From positions 1 through 64,000 of the forward strand of contig NC_134027.1 in assembly GCF_964204645.1 (NCBI RefSeq): 64,000 nt of DNA, read 5' to 3'. Shown here piece by piece: positions 47,071 through 62,263 of this stretch. The stretch is from Tubulanus polymorphus (lineage: Eukaryota > Animalia > Nemertea). A program made the translations under genes and the position numbers. Position 1 is the stretch's first letter; each line of letters starts with the position of its first letter. The notes under the pieces are model-generated. The model was not told the DNA's origin. It did not search any database and worked only from the letters and a program-made list of their open reading frames with translations.

Positions 47071-50000
47071 CTAAGCGATGAGGCTTTTCGGTTCCTCTCT
47101 ATCTCTCACCATCCCGGAGACATGTGATTGTAAATGCATTTCTAACGCCGACGGAGTAACGCATACTTTGTTGCACAGATGACACGTGGTCTTCCACAGC
47201 CAGGCCGAGTCGTTATGAGGCCCGTCGCGTTGCTGCTGTTCCGCCGGTGATTGCGGAGCGCCACCTATTTTATTGATTCGTTCGCCTTCGTTATTATTGT
47301 TCATACCGTTTCGCATTTCGTGGCTGTTATTAGAATCGCCGGTTTTCGTGCTATAGTCTTTCGGCGAGGAACTGCTGACGACGAGCGATGGTTCGGGTTT
47401 CATTCCGCTCATCGTCATGAACGCTTCGGCCTTCATTTTCATGTAATCGGCTGCCGAACTGGCGGCCACTGATAAATGCGGGAAACTACCGTTCATGCTT
47501 TGTATAACCGGTATTTCGTTCATTTTCGGCGAGATTCCGTTATGATGAAAAGCGGGATAGGGGAAATAGAGTTCGGACGGACCGCGATGTCCGAACATGA
47601 AATCCGGTTCTTTCGACGGCATCGGAATCGGATGATCGATAGCGATTCGTCTGCCTCGACGTGAAGGACCGTTATTCCACATGTGCGTACCCATGTGTAC
47701 TTTCAGATTGCCTTTAGTAGTGAAAGCCTTTCCGCAGACGGTACATTTAAACGGTTTATCTCCCGTATGAGTGCGTATATGTATCTGTAAAGCACTCGCG
47801 CTCGAAAAGTTCTTTAAACACGTTTGGCATTGGTGTTTATTGGGTCGGCGAACAAACGGCGATCCGCAGCCCGGCTCCGACGACGAGTTCAAGTGCGAGA
47901 CGCTAGGTGGCGTTAGTGACGACGACGACGACGGTTGCGAGGCAACGGGAGACAATGCGGGTTTCTTATCGGGCGGTTCTTCAGAGTGTGAGGATGATGG
48001 CGGCTGCGGCTGGGGCGCCGTAATCACGTGACTAATGACTGGTACCAGCGGGATGATGTTGTCCTCTGATTTGGTACTGATTTGTGAATTGCTGTCCTCT
48101 GATCCGTGGTTGAAAGCTTGCGACGGCAGATCTCTGATTTTGTGCGTTAACATGTGCTGTTTCATGTTACCCCTCGTCGAGAAACCTCTGTCGCAAACTT
48201 CGCATTTAAACGGTCGTTCTTTCGTGTGACTTCTATAGTGAATATCGAGCGCACTGCGGCAAGCGAATGTCTTCAAACAAATGTTACACGTGGTGAATTT
48301 CTCGCCCATTTGTGACGTCAAATCCAACGCACCAATCCCAGCGCTGAACGGCGACCCCTGGTGGTGGAAACTACCGAACGGGGACATTAAAGGTGGCGCT
48401 GCGAGTTGTTCTTTCGGGTAATCATCGTTTTCACTGATGGAGTCTTTGATAGCGTCATCTGGCGGTGAATTGGGTCGTCCTGGTTGACTGCTGATGGCCG
48501 AGTTAGGTGATCCGGCACCGGTTCTGTTGTTGTAAATAGAGGGTGGGCTGTGACTGCGACCAGTGCTCATATCTAACGGTCGCGGATGTGGCATCATCTC
48601 GAAGTTGGGTCTAGTGGGATCCATGGCTCGAACGTGTTGTTCTAACGCGGCCAGCGAGGTAGAATACACTGAGTGTGACTGGTTCCCGCCTTCGTCCGAC
48701 GATTGGCTAGTTATACTTCCGGAATTCGAAGGTGGTCTGTTCATTGGTTGATTATCTCTCGGGCTAGGCGAACTCTGTCTGACAGGACCCGGTGTACTCT
48801 GATGGCTGTCTCGACCTCCCGTTGTTTCTTCATGGTTATGTTTCTCGAGTAGCGGAGCTGAGCCGGACCGCTGGTGCTGCTGCTGCTGTACGGGTGGGGA
48901 TGGAGACCTCATATCGCGTTGACTCTCGCGGAACTCACGCGCCCTGCTGCTCAAATCCAGCTCCCCTAACGAATGCCTCATCGGTGGCAGAGACAGCCCT
49001 AACGCCGGGTGATGGTGCGGTAACCCGTAATGATGGTTCATACCGGCCGCCATCATCTCATGGTTATGAATGAATTCCATATGACGCGACATATCTAAAG
49101 CAGATGAGTTCTGCTGATCGGCTGTATGAATGCGGATATGCTGTTGTAAGACGAGGCTGTTTGTGAATTGTTTATGACAAACTGGACACTGGTGTAACAT
49201 TCTAATCGGTGGTTTGGCACGATGGACTCCCATATGAGTTTTAAGGTTGCCTTTAGTAGTAAAAGCTCGTCCGCATATTTTACATTTGAACGGGCGTTCC
49301 CCGGTATGAATGCGATAGTGCATCTGTAGAGCGCTTTTACAGCTGAGAACCCGGTGACAGATCGCGCACTGATTCGGATCGGTCACTTTCGTATCGATGT
49401 TATGAACTAACTCTTCCAGTTTGGACGTTTCCGACTTGTCGATTTCCATGAATTGTTCAAGCGGGTCTTCTGTTTTAGTCGAACTGCGCATAGGCGGTCG
49501 AAAGAATGGGTTGTCCATACCCATCATCGGTAGAGTACCGGGTAGAGGCATACCTGCCATGGTATGATGCCCGTGAATTGGCATGGGTACGTGAAGCGGC
49601 GTCGACGTTAACGGCATGCTGTATATAGGATGAATCGGAGTAGTCGGTAAACTCGGAGCACTCCGGATACTGGCGGCCGGACTCGTTACATCCGGTGAGA
49701 TCAAAGATGGGGGCTCGCTCCCGACTGCCGGACAATGTCCCGATTGAGAGGTCGGGGTCGTCGGCTCGTCCGGGTGTTCGGGCTCTTCGCGTTTAATCAT
49801 CTCCCCGCTAGGTGGCGTTGACGAAGGTCTCGGCTGTTCTAGAGGAGTGTTCGGAGCTATCCCGTATCCTGGTGTGGTCGACGTTGACGACGACGATGAC
49901 GTCATATCCTGAGGTAGAGCTGATTGGTTGAGTAATGGTGGATGTAGTTTATCGAGGTGTTCTGGTACAGGATTCGGATTCATTTTGATGTGCGGGTACT

Positions 50001-50087
50001 TGGCTTTATGTCGACTGAAATGAACTTTCAGATTCCCGCGTGTCGAAAATCGGTTTCCGCAAATATTGCACTTGAAAGGTCTTTCAC
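47071..50087 (-). CDS. sall: Spalt/Sal-like C2H2 zinc-finger transcription factor, large terminal exon
   Basis: Acceptor tttctag|GT GAA AGA CCT ([46 protein letters not shown]) in frame with the 970-aa ORF. SAL boxes [25 protein letters not shown] motif, and a triplet plus two doublets of fingers. Confidence 0.97.
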
Positions 50088-53000
50088 CTAGAAATATACA
50101 GAAATATAGACATATTAAATATTATGACTGAATAATTCACAAAGCCATGACATTGTAAAACACTGCAATTCAACATACATCGAACATATGCACTTCGTAT
50201 GATCACACAGAACTAAAATTCAACCATGGATCAAGGCCCACAGTTCCACCACACAGTTATTAGGTAGATTTTCGGTGTTTTATGTTTGCATCTAGTTGCA
50301 CAGTTGTGACTAAAGAAGGCTGAAAGTGGTCGTTATAAATCAAGGTGTTAGATTGACTATAGAACTAAGATGATCCAGCCCAAACACGTCAAATGAAAAG
50401 ATTCTATTCAAATTTGAAAAGTGAAAGCCTTTTGAATGTAACAAACTTGCGCAAATAAAAGGAATTGAATACATTTTAAATTTTGAGATTTAATCACAAG
50501 CGGGTGTTCACGAATCCAAACACTGGTGTTTGTCTGGTCAACTTGACTCAATTCAATAATTGAATAGACGAACTAGTAATGGCATCTGTTGTTGAGATGG
50601 CTACTATTCTTTCGGTCTGAATGCAATAAACTAGTATTGCAAGTTTTAAGTTTCTTTTCATCCTTTTTGAGTATTTATTTCCTGCTCAAAGACGGGAAAT
50701 GATAATCACTAGACTCAACACCAACCGCTGGGCTTCGTTCTTTATATTGTATCTAAAAATCTGTTCACTTCAGAGATAATTTATAACCACGTATAACACC
50801 TATAGAGCTGTATATCAATTAAACCATCTTTGAGGGTTACACTTCTATTTGTCCGAAGATCAATTAAAACCCTTGAGAAATATTCTGAATAAGTGATTGT
50901 GAAGTGTAAATGCCCGGGTCACCTCGTCCTAAAGCTATGAATGGGCGCGTGTTTGCGTAACATCGTAAATTGATGGTTTCGAATAAAATGACAAACTTTC
51001 AATTTTTAACGAATGATAAAAATACGTAACCAGAAATGACACGGGTTCAGCTAGGTTTGATGAGGTTTTATTAGTCAGTCGTTAGGGGCTCGGTGAAGGC
51101 CGAGAATTTCCCGTTTCTTTCATAAATAACCATCGAACGTTTTATAAGATTCCCCCCGAAAAAAGATTGATGGACGCCGAAAGACAAGACAAGAACCAAA
51201 GACGTTCGCGTCGTCATTAATTTCGTAAATGAAAAAGAACCAACGATCATTAATCGTCAGCCTCTTGTCGTAAAGGCGAGGAATTTTCAGTCTCATGAAA
51301 TTAGCTTATTTATCATTTTTCCTGCGCGCTGAGTCGTAATTACATGTGAAGACGTAATATTTCTATCGATTTCATCAGATTTTCTGTAATTTCCGCGACA
51401 TCAACGCGACATAAGACATTAGACATTAGACATTAGATTTGCATCATTCGTGCATTAGAACGGCTGATAATTGTCATAATTTGAATTACGCATCAGCCAC
51501 CCCGTACTCGTCTCTCTTCGCCCGAGATGAACAAGAATGTGGCAAGAATTCCTAATTTTCCCTCCGACGGCATATCGCGGAAGTACTTAAAGCTAATTCT
51601 ACCGTCGAATTATAATTTGTTTTCTTGAATTAGATCATTCATCCTAAAAACACCCGGAGCTGTCGCGCTGTCTTGTGACCCCCGCAATATTCGACGAAAT
51701 GATTAATCTATTCGAACCGAAACGGCTGCACGCCGCGCTCTTTTTATCAGCTAGATCCATTTCTTTAATTTCAGAATAATCCGCCTGCCAGGGCCGGCTC
51801 TTTACTGTCATAATCTCATTCAATAATTAACCCCTTTAAAGTAACTTTTATTCACCGGGAGACAAAAACAGCAATAATTTGCGTGGGTTGTTTTATAAAA
51901 AGTCACACCGGTCTAAAAGTCATCGCTTTCTTTGTCGCCTATCTAATTATGAAATAAAAAGCCGGCCATTTTGTGAATGCATAAATCACGGTCGCCCGAT
52001 TCTCTGAGAGTCCCTCTCAGTGATCCGGTGTGAATGGAATCTCTTGAACAAGATGATGGATAAAATAATATAATAAAAGCTGCTGCCCTTTTTTTCTGTT
52101 ATGGCAGATTTTATATTCAATCTGACGATCGAGTTGAGTCGGAGCCACCCACACGGAACATCTTGAAGAGTGCCCAGACGCGGCGGGGGCCAAACAATAA
52201 ACCGAGTGAATGTCTTTTAATCGCCCACGCGCGCCATCTGGATCTATCTCAGTTGTATTCGCATGTTTTCTCTGTGAGTGAGAAATCTCTGCAATGCGCT
52301 AAAAGCTTGCGTCCAGTTGCAAGGTTCTCAGTTAAGATTTCTATCTCTTTGATTGAAAACAATCAGTTTTACTCTTAGCAGACAAACTTAACTATGAACT
52401 GTGACGTCATGCCGTTAAATACTGGATTCCTAGGGTCAATGTTTATAAGTAACAATAATAACATTAATATATTTAATATTCATCAATTCAATCTTTTTTT
52501 ATCAACGGTCGTTAGTTCCCGAATCCGCCGCGACTATGGTGGCGGCAGCACATTTGAATTACGATTCCTAGGCGAGGAATGACACGACGAGTATTTTTCT
52601 CCTAGAATTAATTAAGTCCAATAGTATTCAATGGAAATTGAAAAAATTCAACATGAATTATATGAAATCACCGCTTATAAAACGCTATGAAAAGAGATTT
52701 TTAAATCTAATTTCTAAGAAGTTTGATGAATGAATGGAGTTAAAATTGTCAATTTTGATCAATAATATCAAATTTGACCCCAACTGTTTGAATAACACGA
52801 ACAATGGTAACTGTAATATTATTAAATCTAACCCCCGACCTGGCTGGACCTGGTTTATATTGTTTGATATTTAAGACGATGCTCTAAAGGATTGATAATT
52901 GAGAGAAGGCCGATTGTTAATGAAAAGTTTATTAAAGTGATTTATTTTAATAAAAATCTCGTCGTCGATTTATCCGTACAAAACGCGTCTAATGAAACGA

Positions 53001-53297
53001 CGACAATTTATCACACACAGATTATTACAATAAATTGCGCCACGTCGTTTCGGCTGATGACGATTTGACTTTTAGCCTCTTTGGTTTATTATGATAATAA
53101 AAAACCTAAGTGTGGATAATACGGTTCTTTCTATTGGCGACGGACGCGAGGAATAGCGGGACGATGAATCAAAATGAAACACAGCGACTATTTATTTCAT
53201 CGGGGTGCGAATAATGAAAATTTAATAAGCACAATTTCACCCTGTGTTAACAGCTCACAGCGAGCACCCGCTGATCGCACAAAGCCTTCTCGACCAG

Positions 53298-53298
<1 letters not shown>

Positions 53299-53376
<78 letters not shown>

Positions 53377-53401
53377 GCTGCTGGTGCTGCTGGTGCTGCT
53401 G
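53299..53401. repeat. (CTG)n/(CAG)n trinucleotide tract in the sall intron
   Basis: About 25 pure units plus interrupted units. Confidence 0.95.
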
Positions 53402-56400
53402 ACTTAAACGGTCCTCGCGCAAATATTTGAATTCGCTTTCGAGACGGTAATATGTTCGGACCCGGTAATAAATCTCGAGTCGACACTGAAAAAATACTGC
53501 AGATAAAAGGCGTCAAATCATTTATTACGACTTGGCACCCGAGTCTGGTACAGAAATCATGACATCTCGACTTAACGTCTTGCGGTGCTATGAGTTGACG
53601 TCTTATGCATACAAATCCGATCAGATATTAGTCGTCGAGACTGGTCCGGATAGAATGTTGAAATATGCATGCATAAGATAGTAAAATGAAAAGTAAATGG
53701 CTTTTCGCTAATCAACGACAATGATCTATATTGATTTAGGAGGCATTAGGAAAGTGTCGAGGGGGAAATTACGAGGAAAAAGATGGTTTAGATATGAGCA
53801 TGTCGCGCTACGTACATTGAACAGACGACCTTCACTGATAACTCGCTATCAGACACTGTTTTCTTCTTATTACATCTTCTTAGGTGAAACAGAGTTTTAA
53901 AAATACCTTAATAAAAATCATTTTATAATTTAATGAATATTATTTATTCATTAAAGATGGTTATCTGTTTGATTTGATATCTTTTAAGTGATAAAAAGTT
54001 TTAAAGATATTTTAAAAAGTTTATCTTTTGAAACATCTTTAACTGTTATTCTTTTTTCAATTAGGTTTTCTCTGAAATATTCTTTAAACGATTCAATTAG
54101 GCTATTACTCGAGGAAACATTTCAGACTCTCATTTTTACTGTTAGATTTTATATCGTTTTTACAACACGGTTTGAAGAGAGAGCGTTTCATTAATGTTTA
54201 TAATTTTTAGTAAATCATTACTATTTTCTCTGAAAAAATTCCAAGTGATTCTATCATTTTGTTAATTTCATCTGAAGCATTTAATGTTTTTTTTTTAAAT
54301 CTAAAATAGGGATTATTTATTTTTCATTTATTTGATTGGTAGATTTCGTTTGATTTGTTTTGATTCGGTATCCCTTACAAACCCACCACACCTGCCGGCT
54401 ATGTTTAATATGAAAGCGATTTGAAGGAGCAGCAGCAGCAATAACTGCTCCACACAGCATCATCAGCAACAATAATAACTTCATCATTTATTGAACACAT
54501 TTCCTATTCGACTATAAAATACACCGCGACCTTTTCATTAAACGCTTTGTCGCGTTTTTATCGCCGACTCTCTCAGTCTCACAAACCCGGAGTGATATTA
54601 ATACCGCCACCAGTTTCACCTGATAAATCACTTCTTCTTATTAATAATATCAACACACGGTGAAAGTGCTTGATCCCAACTTCCTGAGTAGTCGAACCCC
54701 ACTGCGCAGCTGTCAACCGAACACGAATACATAATCATTTATAAAGATTGATCAGCATTATTTCACAGTTCCACGCGATAATAGTCCTTTCTGTATTGAG
54801 AAGCTTATTACACGTCTTTAAATATTCAATAGTTTGCTGCCCATTTTTTTTCTGATACAGCGGCGACGGAGCTCTGCGTGCCGGTATCAAATAAAAATAT
54901 TTTAATTAACCAAACCAACATCAATAGGAGAGGCTACATTAGTCAATTGTTAATGGTAATCATAGGGAACCCATTCGTGTAAATATAGGTGAATATGTGA
55001 ATATATGTTTCTATGAGAAACTGTGTATGAAAAATGCATGATGTAATTACGACGAGTTAAACACTGGTTTCTGGAGAGTTCGAATAGCATGCGATGAAAT
55101 GATATGATCATTTGCGAAATGAGTCTCGGGGTCTGACTGGTGTTGGTGCTGCGGTTGGTGGTGGCGCAGGGTCGGGAATTCTGAGTTTAGATAATTACTC
55201 CCATGTCAGGTAAAATACATCGTGACGCACGCAATAAATAGTTCTAAACCTGAATATATATGAATACATTAATTATAGGCAGGATTTCCTTCGTTCTTAA
55301 TAGAAATGAATAATCAGCGAGTTATAGAGGGAAGGTTGCTAGAATTCTCCTGGGCGGACGTAGACCTGGGTAAATCATGCGGTGAAATGAAATTACTTGA
55401 CGCGTCATTTATGAGGTAAAAGGATAAAAACCAATTGATTCATTCAATGACCATCAGAAGAAAGTTCTACGCGCTGCCTTTTGAGGCTTGACAGTAAAAA
55501 TCAAGCTGTTTGATGATTTACTTGACCCAAGGCTTCGGTAACCACGATATATGTGTGGTGATTCCAATCGCAAATTAGGGATTCAAATCAGAAAATTCGT
55601 CATCGAGAAATAGACCCCAACAAGGAAGCGAGGAAGCGAGGGAGCGAGGATCAGGCGTTTTATCGAAAATTAATTGTGAAAATTTACGGATAAATCGATT
55701 TCTAATTCATTATTATTAATGACGTGAGATTTTTGAATTCAACTTCAAGATAAGAGACAAACTGCATATTGAAAATAAGATTAACGAGGCCTCGATCAGC
55801 GCAGAAAATCTCAGAGACCTTCGCGACAAATTTTCACCCTTGTAGGCCCGCAATGCGTGAAATAGTCTCCTATATAAATTGATGATTCTAACAGCGCGCA
55901 GAATCACGGAGAACTTCAAGATGAATATCGCATCTCGTATACGTGCTGCCACCTGGCGGATACATCTGCGAGACAGATGCATCAGTTATTGGTGTATTAA
56001 ATATCACCTCGATATGAGATATGCTTTTACTGCAAGATTAGATTACAATATCTCAAATTCCTACATTCACTAACACACGTGTTCAACACGCATTCATCAA
56101 ACTCTTCAAATCGTTTTAGCAGCCGAGCAAGTTTTAATGCATTTTTCTAATACTGCGGCTTCGCATACCACATTTTCACAATATTTATTCCTAATTGTCA
56201 GTTCTGACTTTGTTGCTGTTAAAAATGGATTCTGTCTGTGGTCTAGATGCGCCGCAACCTTCCTGTGTTCTATGAATAGTAAAGCTATTTATCGGCTTTC
56301 ATAACCAAGACACCGCGGCTTAAGAAGCCTCAGAAAAAGTCAGACGTTTAATTCGGTTGAAGTCATAATGATATAAGCCTATAAACTTTATGATATAAGA

Positions 56401-59154
56401 TACCGAGGATTTTGAGGTCGCATTTCAAGGATTATCCATAATTTGTTTGGCTTTGTAGGATTATTTTCGAGGGATCGATCGGTCGTGTTGAAGAAGCCCT
56501 TCTCAATTCTACAGGGACATCTTCGCTAGACTTAGTCACGTACAGGAGGCTTCGTTCATATAATAAAAATACACTAAACAAAGTAAATTATTTCGGAAAA
56601 TTGCAAAAAAAGGTTTAAAGAATATCAAAATTACGAACGCAAGTTATTTACATGAGAAACATTAATTTGCTCTTAAAGAAATTCATGAAATTTGCATTGG
56701 CTTCTTTGATGTTAATCATATATTTTGGAAAACACTTTGGTCGGCAAAACAGGTTTAGAATCGTCGAATATACAGTTACCGCCGAAAGAAACAACATTCA
56801 ATCGCGTTTGAATATTCAGGCATTTTCTTTAAAATCTGAATTCCGTTTGATGGTATAATTGCATTCTGGTCAGGTATAGAGTTATATCAATATTAATGGT
56901 CTCGGCGCGGGCTCCCGAGTCCCTGGCCACGATTTATGACAAATTTCCTTTTAAAACTCACTAGACAGCTCATTAAATTTTCATTACATACAAAGATAGT
57001 TATTAATTCTGGACTCGTTTTCTTTTTTTCCGTCGCTTTATGCATCATCATTTCCGAGGTCTCTCGGCGAAAACAGAAGGAGCAACGAATCCTCAAAGCG
57101 AATTAACTATCGTCTCGAAATGGCGCACGAAATTGTTTGAAATCGAACTCAATTCTGCCTCTTAACTCGAGATCAATCGGTTACTTTTCAATTCCCGGTT
57201 GAATTCAAGATAATAATTTCATAAATTTATTTTCTGTATATCGTCTACTGCGAACGCGTCGAGAGGAATCTATTCACAATATCGCGTTTATTCTTCATGT
57301 CGATTGGTTTAACCTTTGTCACCGGGAATGATGAACCTGTCGCAGCGAGGGGTGAGAAACCGATCAGCTTGTAAACCTCGCACTACGCGCTCTTCAGTAG
57401 CTATTGAATTGTAACAATGCCTTTTTATTAGCAATGTTTATCGACGAATTTCGAAACTTTTTTTTTGTCAGAAGATTTAAATAATGTGGGGCTCACGGGA
57501 CAGCCCTGCCGTACACCTCTTTCTAAAGAAAAAGCCGTTGCTTGTGATTCTAGACATATTAAAATATTATATTCGATTAGAATTTAAATTCGATTTTCGC
57601 CAAAGCCAAAAGATTTTAAAGTTTTTAATGCTAATCAACAACACGATCGAAAGCTTTCATTCTGATCATTATTGTTACCAAAATATGCATCTAAATCATC
57701 ACCATTGACTTCATCAATAAAGTCTATAATTAGGGACAGTTGTGAAACCGGGTCCAGAACCTTAATTCATTTCGAAGAGTTCTAACCGACCTGCAACTGT
57801 GGGAGACTCATGATCGCCAAGGCGAAGGGAAATCTCATTGGCAGAAAAGATTTTAGATTTTATTTCATCTTTGCAAACTGAGGGTATTAACATCCTGTAG
57901 CGCGCAGATCCCAAACGCAGTTGTTCGCCTGGAAATCGTCTGGATGTGAAATTAATTTTCAATTCGACATAAGATTTTTTCAGGTTTCATGTCAGCTATC
58001 AGATATTCGGAAAGGTTAATCAGGTCTGATGAAGCGGGCGCATACACTGCCGAGTCGTTTAAAAGTCTTCCTTCTAAATACCGCAGAAATTAATCAACGA
58101 AAAACTTATCCAATTTCAATTGTGACATTTTTCATTTGATTGCTAGACATTTTGCGACTCAAAAAGTCAGACAGGGCACAGTTCACAGGCATTGATAAGA
58201 TTTCTTCATTAAATTCAGCCCGATTGACATCGAATTAGTTTTGCTATTCAGTGTAAAATGAAATAAGATATGTTGGTGTTGTTGGTGTTGCTGTTGCTGG
58301 TGATATTTTGTAAGGTATCGCGGGTCAAGATTATAGAGTTGCGATGACATGAAGAAAATATCAATCTCAAAGTGTTGCCCGTAAAGAGCCTTCTTCAGAA
58401 TTCTGTCGCAAATTTTCTGAGCATTACGACGACGGTTCGCGAGTTGTTAATTTGACCAGAGACAGTTGAAATTAGTTCAGTTTTGATTGTTCATGTAAAG
58501 GAGTCAAACTGTAACCGAACATTGGATCTAGATTCACTGATCCACGACATACGTTCAAATATCTACGATTAAAATTGGCCACAGTTTTCACAGTTTGCTG
58601 TCGATAGGAAAGGGAAACATTTACAGATTCAATTACCCAATTGAACCGGTTTCAAGTAGTATCGAACTTGCGTCTAATTGAAACTGAAAACGTCAGCGTG
58701 AATTTCTGATTCTCGTCTGTTATACGAAACAGATGAGAATCAAACTAGAGCTAATATTTACCGAATCGATGGAGTAGAGTTCATTGTCTACCAGGATATT
58801 AATTATCAATATTAGTAGTCTATTGAACGGGGGCCACTCGTGGAGAGGGGTTAATGAAATCCGATTGACACTAACACGTAAACTATGACGTAATTGAAGC
58901 ATCTGTCGTCGGTGGCGGCGCGTCGGAAGCTGGCGATGATGTGACCCGTGGACAGGCAGCAGCTAGCGGCCATTTGTAATCGGCGTTCTAATCGACGCGA
59001 TCAACCGAACAAAGTAAAGATGTCAGATGAGAGATAGAGAGATGGTTAACACGAGTGTAAACTACATATCAAACGCGATATACACGGAAAAGTAGTTTCT
59101 ACTTTTCTTTGTGATGATGCACGACCACAAAAGTGACAGACTTCTCCTAATCGT

Positions 59155-59390
59155 AGAGGTCGCAAACCTCTCATCAGAGAGGTGACTAGCCGACTTACAG
59201 ACAGGTCGCAAACCTCTCATCAGAGAGATGACTAGCCTACTTACAGACAGGCCGCTGACCTCTCGTCAGAGAGGTGACTAGCCTACTTACAGACAGGCCG
59301 CTGACCTCTCGTCAGAGAGGTGACTAGCCTACTTACAGACAGGCCGCTGACCGCTCGTCAGAGAGGTTACTAGCCGACTTACAGAGGTTA
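59155..59390. repeat. ~46-bp tandem repeat, about 5 copies
   Basis: ctctcgtcagagaggtgactagcctacttacagacaggccgctgac. Confidence 0.85.
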
Positions 59391-61899
59391 CCTCGTAGAC
59401 GTTGCAGAATTCTCACACGCCTCCTCTCTACGGAGACCATCAAAGCACAAATGATCTATCTCTAGGACAAGATCTATTTTCAACATATCAGAAATACTTC
59501 ATAAAGATATTTGCACACAAGGCGATGAAAAAAAAACTAAATTTTGGGCTCAGTGTTCAAGAATCCTCGGGCTTTTCTTGAAGCCGGTTTCAATTTCTTA
59601 GATTGGTAGGATCCGTGTATTAATCCGGTCTCGACCTTTTGAGTAGCCTAATTACGACGGGGTTAATAGTCCAATAGCTTCACAGTAATCGATTACTGGT
59701 TGAGTTACAGTGTGAAGTGTTGACACTAGTGTAACTCACTGTATCTGGTTCGCAGTTGTCGCTGAGAGAAACGACAACATCCGCGACATCTTCCATCACG
59801 TTTCATTTCACTCACATGTCAAAATAATCACTGAATTATGCCTGATATGATGATAAGCCATTCTGACATCGTGAAACGAAACTCAATCGATCATTTAATT
59901 ATTCTCTATAAAAACTGCTTCATTCCCGATCGAGTCGAAAGCCTTTTTATGATAATCGACGATTCACTGCGTGAACTAATTTGTAATATATTGTCATTGT
60001 CACGATTCAGATGAAAATTCCTGAACTGGAAACTGAAGATATTCGAACCTAACAATAGAATATTTCTATATTGATTCAACTTCTTCGTGATGAATTCGAC
60101 TAAATTGAGTAAATGATGATTTTAATAAATAAGCCTTTTCTTGATATACTTTTTTGAAGCCGGCATAACCAGACACATGGCTTGAATATTTTACTGTAGA
60201 TCAAATATTTGAAATAAACTACTAATTTTGACTCGGAGTCTAATCATTATAACTGTGGAACTTGGTCCCAAAGAATTTAGGAATCTTCATATCTAATACA
60301 TAAGAATGCTAACAAAAGTCTACTAACAAATAAAAGTTTATCGACGAAACAATAATTTGATTTTGGGAGGAATAAGCAAATTTACATAATTATTATCTTA
60401 CTACTTTTATCTTAAGCCATTGGTGCCGCGAAGGTAGAAATTGCTTCTGGAAATGGCCGGCGAGCGATGATAAATGGGTCATTAGGAAAAGGTCATTTTC
60501 ACGGATTATCATCGAGAAAACCTTCTACAACTGATTAATTTCTGATGACCAGATATAATAACGACCGCCGATAAGTAATCACGACTGGTAAATATAGAAA
60601 GGCGTCTTACCGTCGTGTAGAAGGCGATGTAGTAACAGCCAGGAGAAGACGTTCACAGTGAAAAAATAGTTTCTCTTGATCCCGTGGGTGTTAAGTTAAT
60701 TATCGCATTAATAAAGCCTTTCATACGATCTCATTTATCATAATACAGAGTATAATTGTGAACGGTTCACTGAGCCAATTATCAAGCGTGCCCTGGACAC
60801 AAGCGACAAGCCGGTGCTTAATGAATGACCAGTCCCCAACACAAAGTCTACGTCCAATTTATATGAATCGTTATTATATGGAGTGAAATATATCATAACA
60901 ATTCTCTTCTTTCATTTTAACCCGACTTAAAGTCAACTAGCATTGTTAGATGGACTCAGCTAAAGTAGCTTTAAATCTTTGCCAATAACTTAGGCTTTTT
61001 AAATCTAAGATCGATTATAGATTGATGTCGAAGTTATGGCAGTAAGACCCTTAGTTAGGGTGATGCTGTATTTGGAATCTACAAAAAGCATTTGATACGT
61101 GGTTTCAACCGAATCATCTAAAATCTACTAAAACGTCAAACCGATGCATTACAGATATTTTGAGCAGTTTAAAAAGTGAGAAAGGACTATAAACAGTTCA
61201 ATGTTAAAAATCGATAAAAAGCCTTTGATACGATTCAGATACAATTTTCTATTGAAATGAAAAAATTCTTGCTATCGTGAGAAGAGACACTAAAGGGTTA
61301 AAGTATCAAGTTAAACTCTTTATTAAAAATTGTCATCACCCTTTATTCAGAAATCGATCCCAGTCCTGTTCAACACGTCCATCATAACTAAACCGATTAG
61401 GAGTAATTTTAATCCTCGACTGAAAATTCACGTCTGTCACAGAGCGTGTTTAAATCGATCGATATCATAGAAAAAATCGTCTGTTACGATTCGCCGTTAA
61501 AACAGTAGAAATTGTTCACAGGATATGATTGCTTTATAAGGAGTTGTCTTAAGACTTTCAGTAAACACTAGTTCAACACTCCATCATATTGTGTAAATGT
61601 TGAAGCTAGGATTAGAGCGCGTTCGCTTGAATGTCAAATTATGAGAAAATTATTGGAAATTTGAGCAAAGGGAAACAACCGGCTTTTAACAATGAGATTG
61701 ATAATCCTTATCCGATTTGACGTGGGTGTCATTTACGACAGGCACCAGTTTATTAACCCATTCTACTCTTAACCCATACCCCACAGTTAAACAAGCTCTA
61801 TCATTGACTCCTTAAGAGTGATTGATATATTATAATGGCTTCTCATAACGTGTTCGGGTATTGTGTGATTTCTGCGCATTTTTGACGAACGGCAGTGAT

Positions 61900-62263
61900 G
61901 GAAGAGAGATGGGGAGAGGGAGAGAGAGGAGAGAGTAGAGAGGAGAGAGGGGGAGGGGGAGGGGAGAGGGGAGAGGGGAGAGGGGAGAGAGAGAGGGGAG
62001 AGGGGAGAGGAGAGAGGAGAGAGGAGAGAGGAGAGAGGGGAGAGGAGAGAGGGGAGAGGAGAGAGGGGAGGAGAGGAGAGAGGAGAGAGGGGAGAGAGAG
62101 GGGAGAGGAGAGAGGGGAGAGGAGAGAGGAGAGAGGAGAGAGGAGAGAGGAGAGAGGAGAGAGGAGAGAGGGGAGAGGGGAGAGGAGAGAGGAGAGGAGA
62201 GAGGGGAGAGGAGAGAGGGGAGAGGAGAGAGGAGAGAGGAGAGAGGAGAGAGGAGAGAGGAGA
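61900..62263. repeat. GA-rich microsatellite (gaggaga)n
   Basis: Near-pure purine tract. Confidence 0.95.

Noticed and set aside
47251-49735. Short ORFs overlapping sall on either strand
   Set aside because: Shadow frames of a GC-richer coding exon.
53174-53516. PolyL/polyA ORFs, or a polyQ exon of sall
   Set aside because: CTG tract inside the intron; the flanking exons join directly within a zinc-finger linker.
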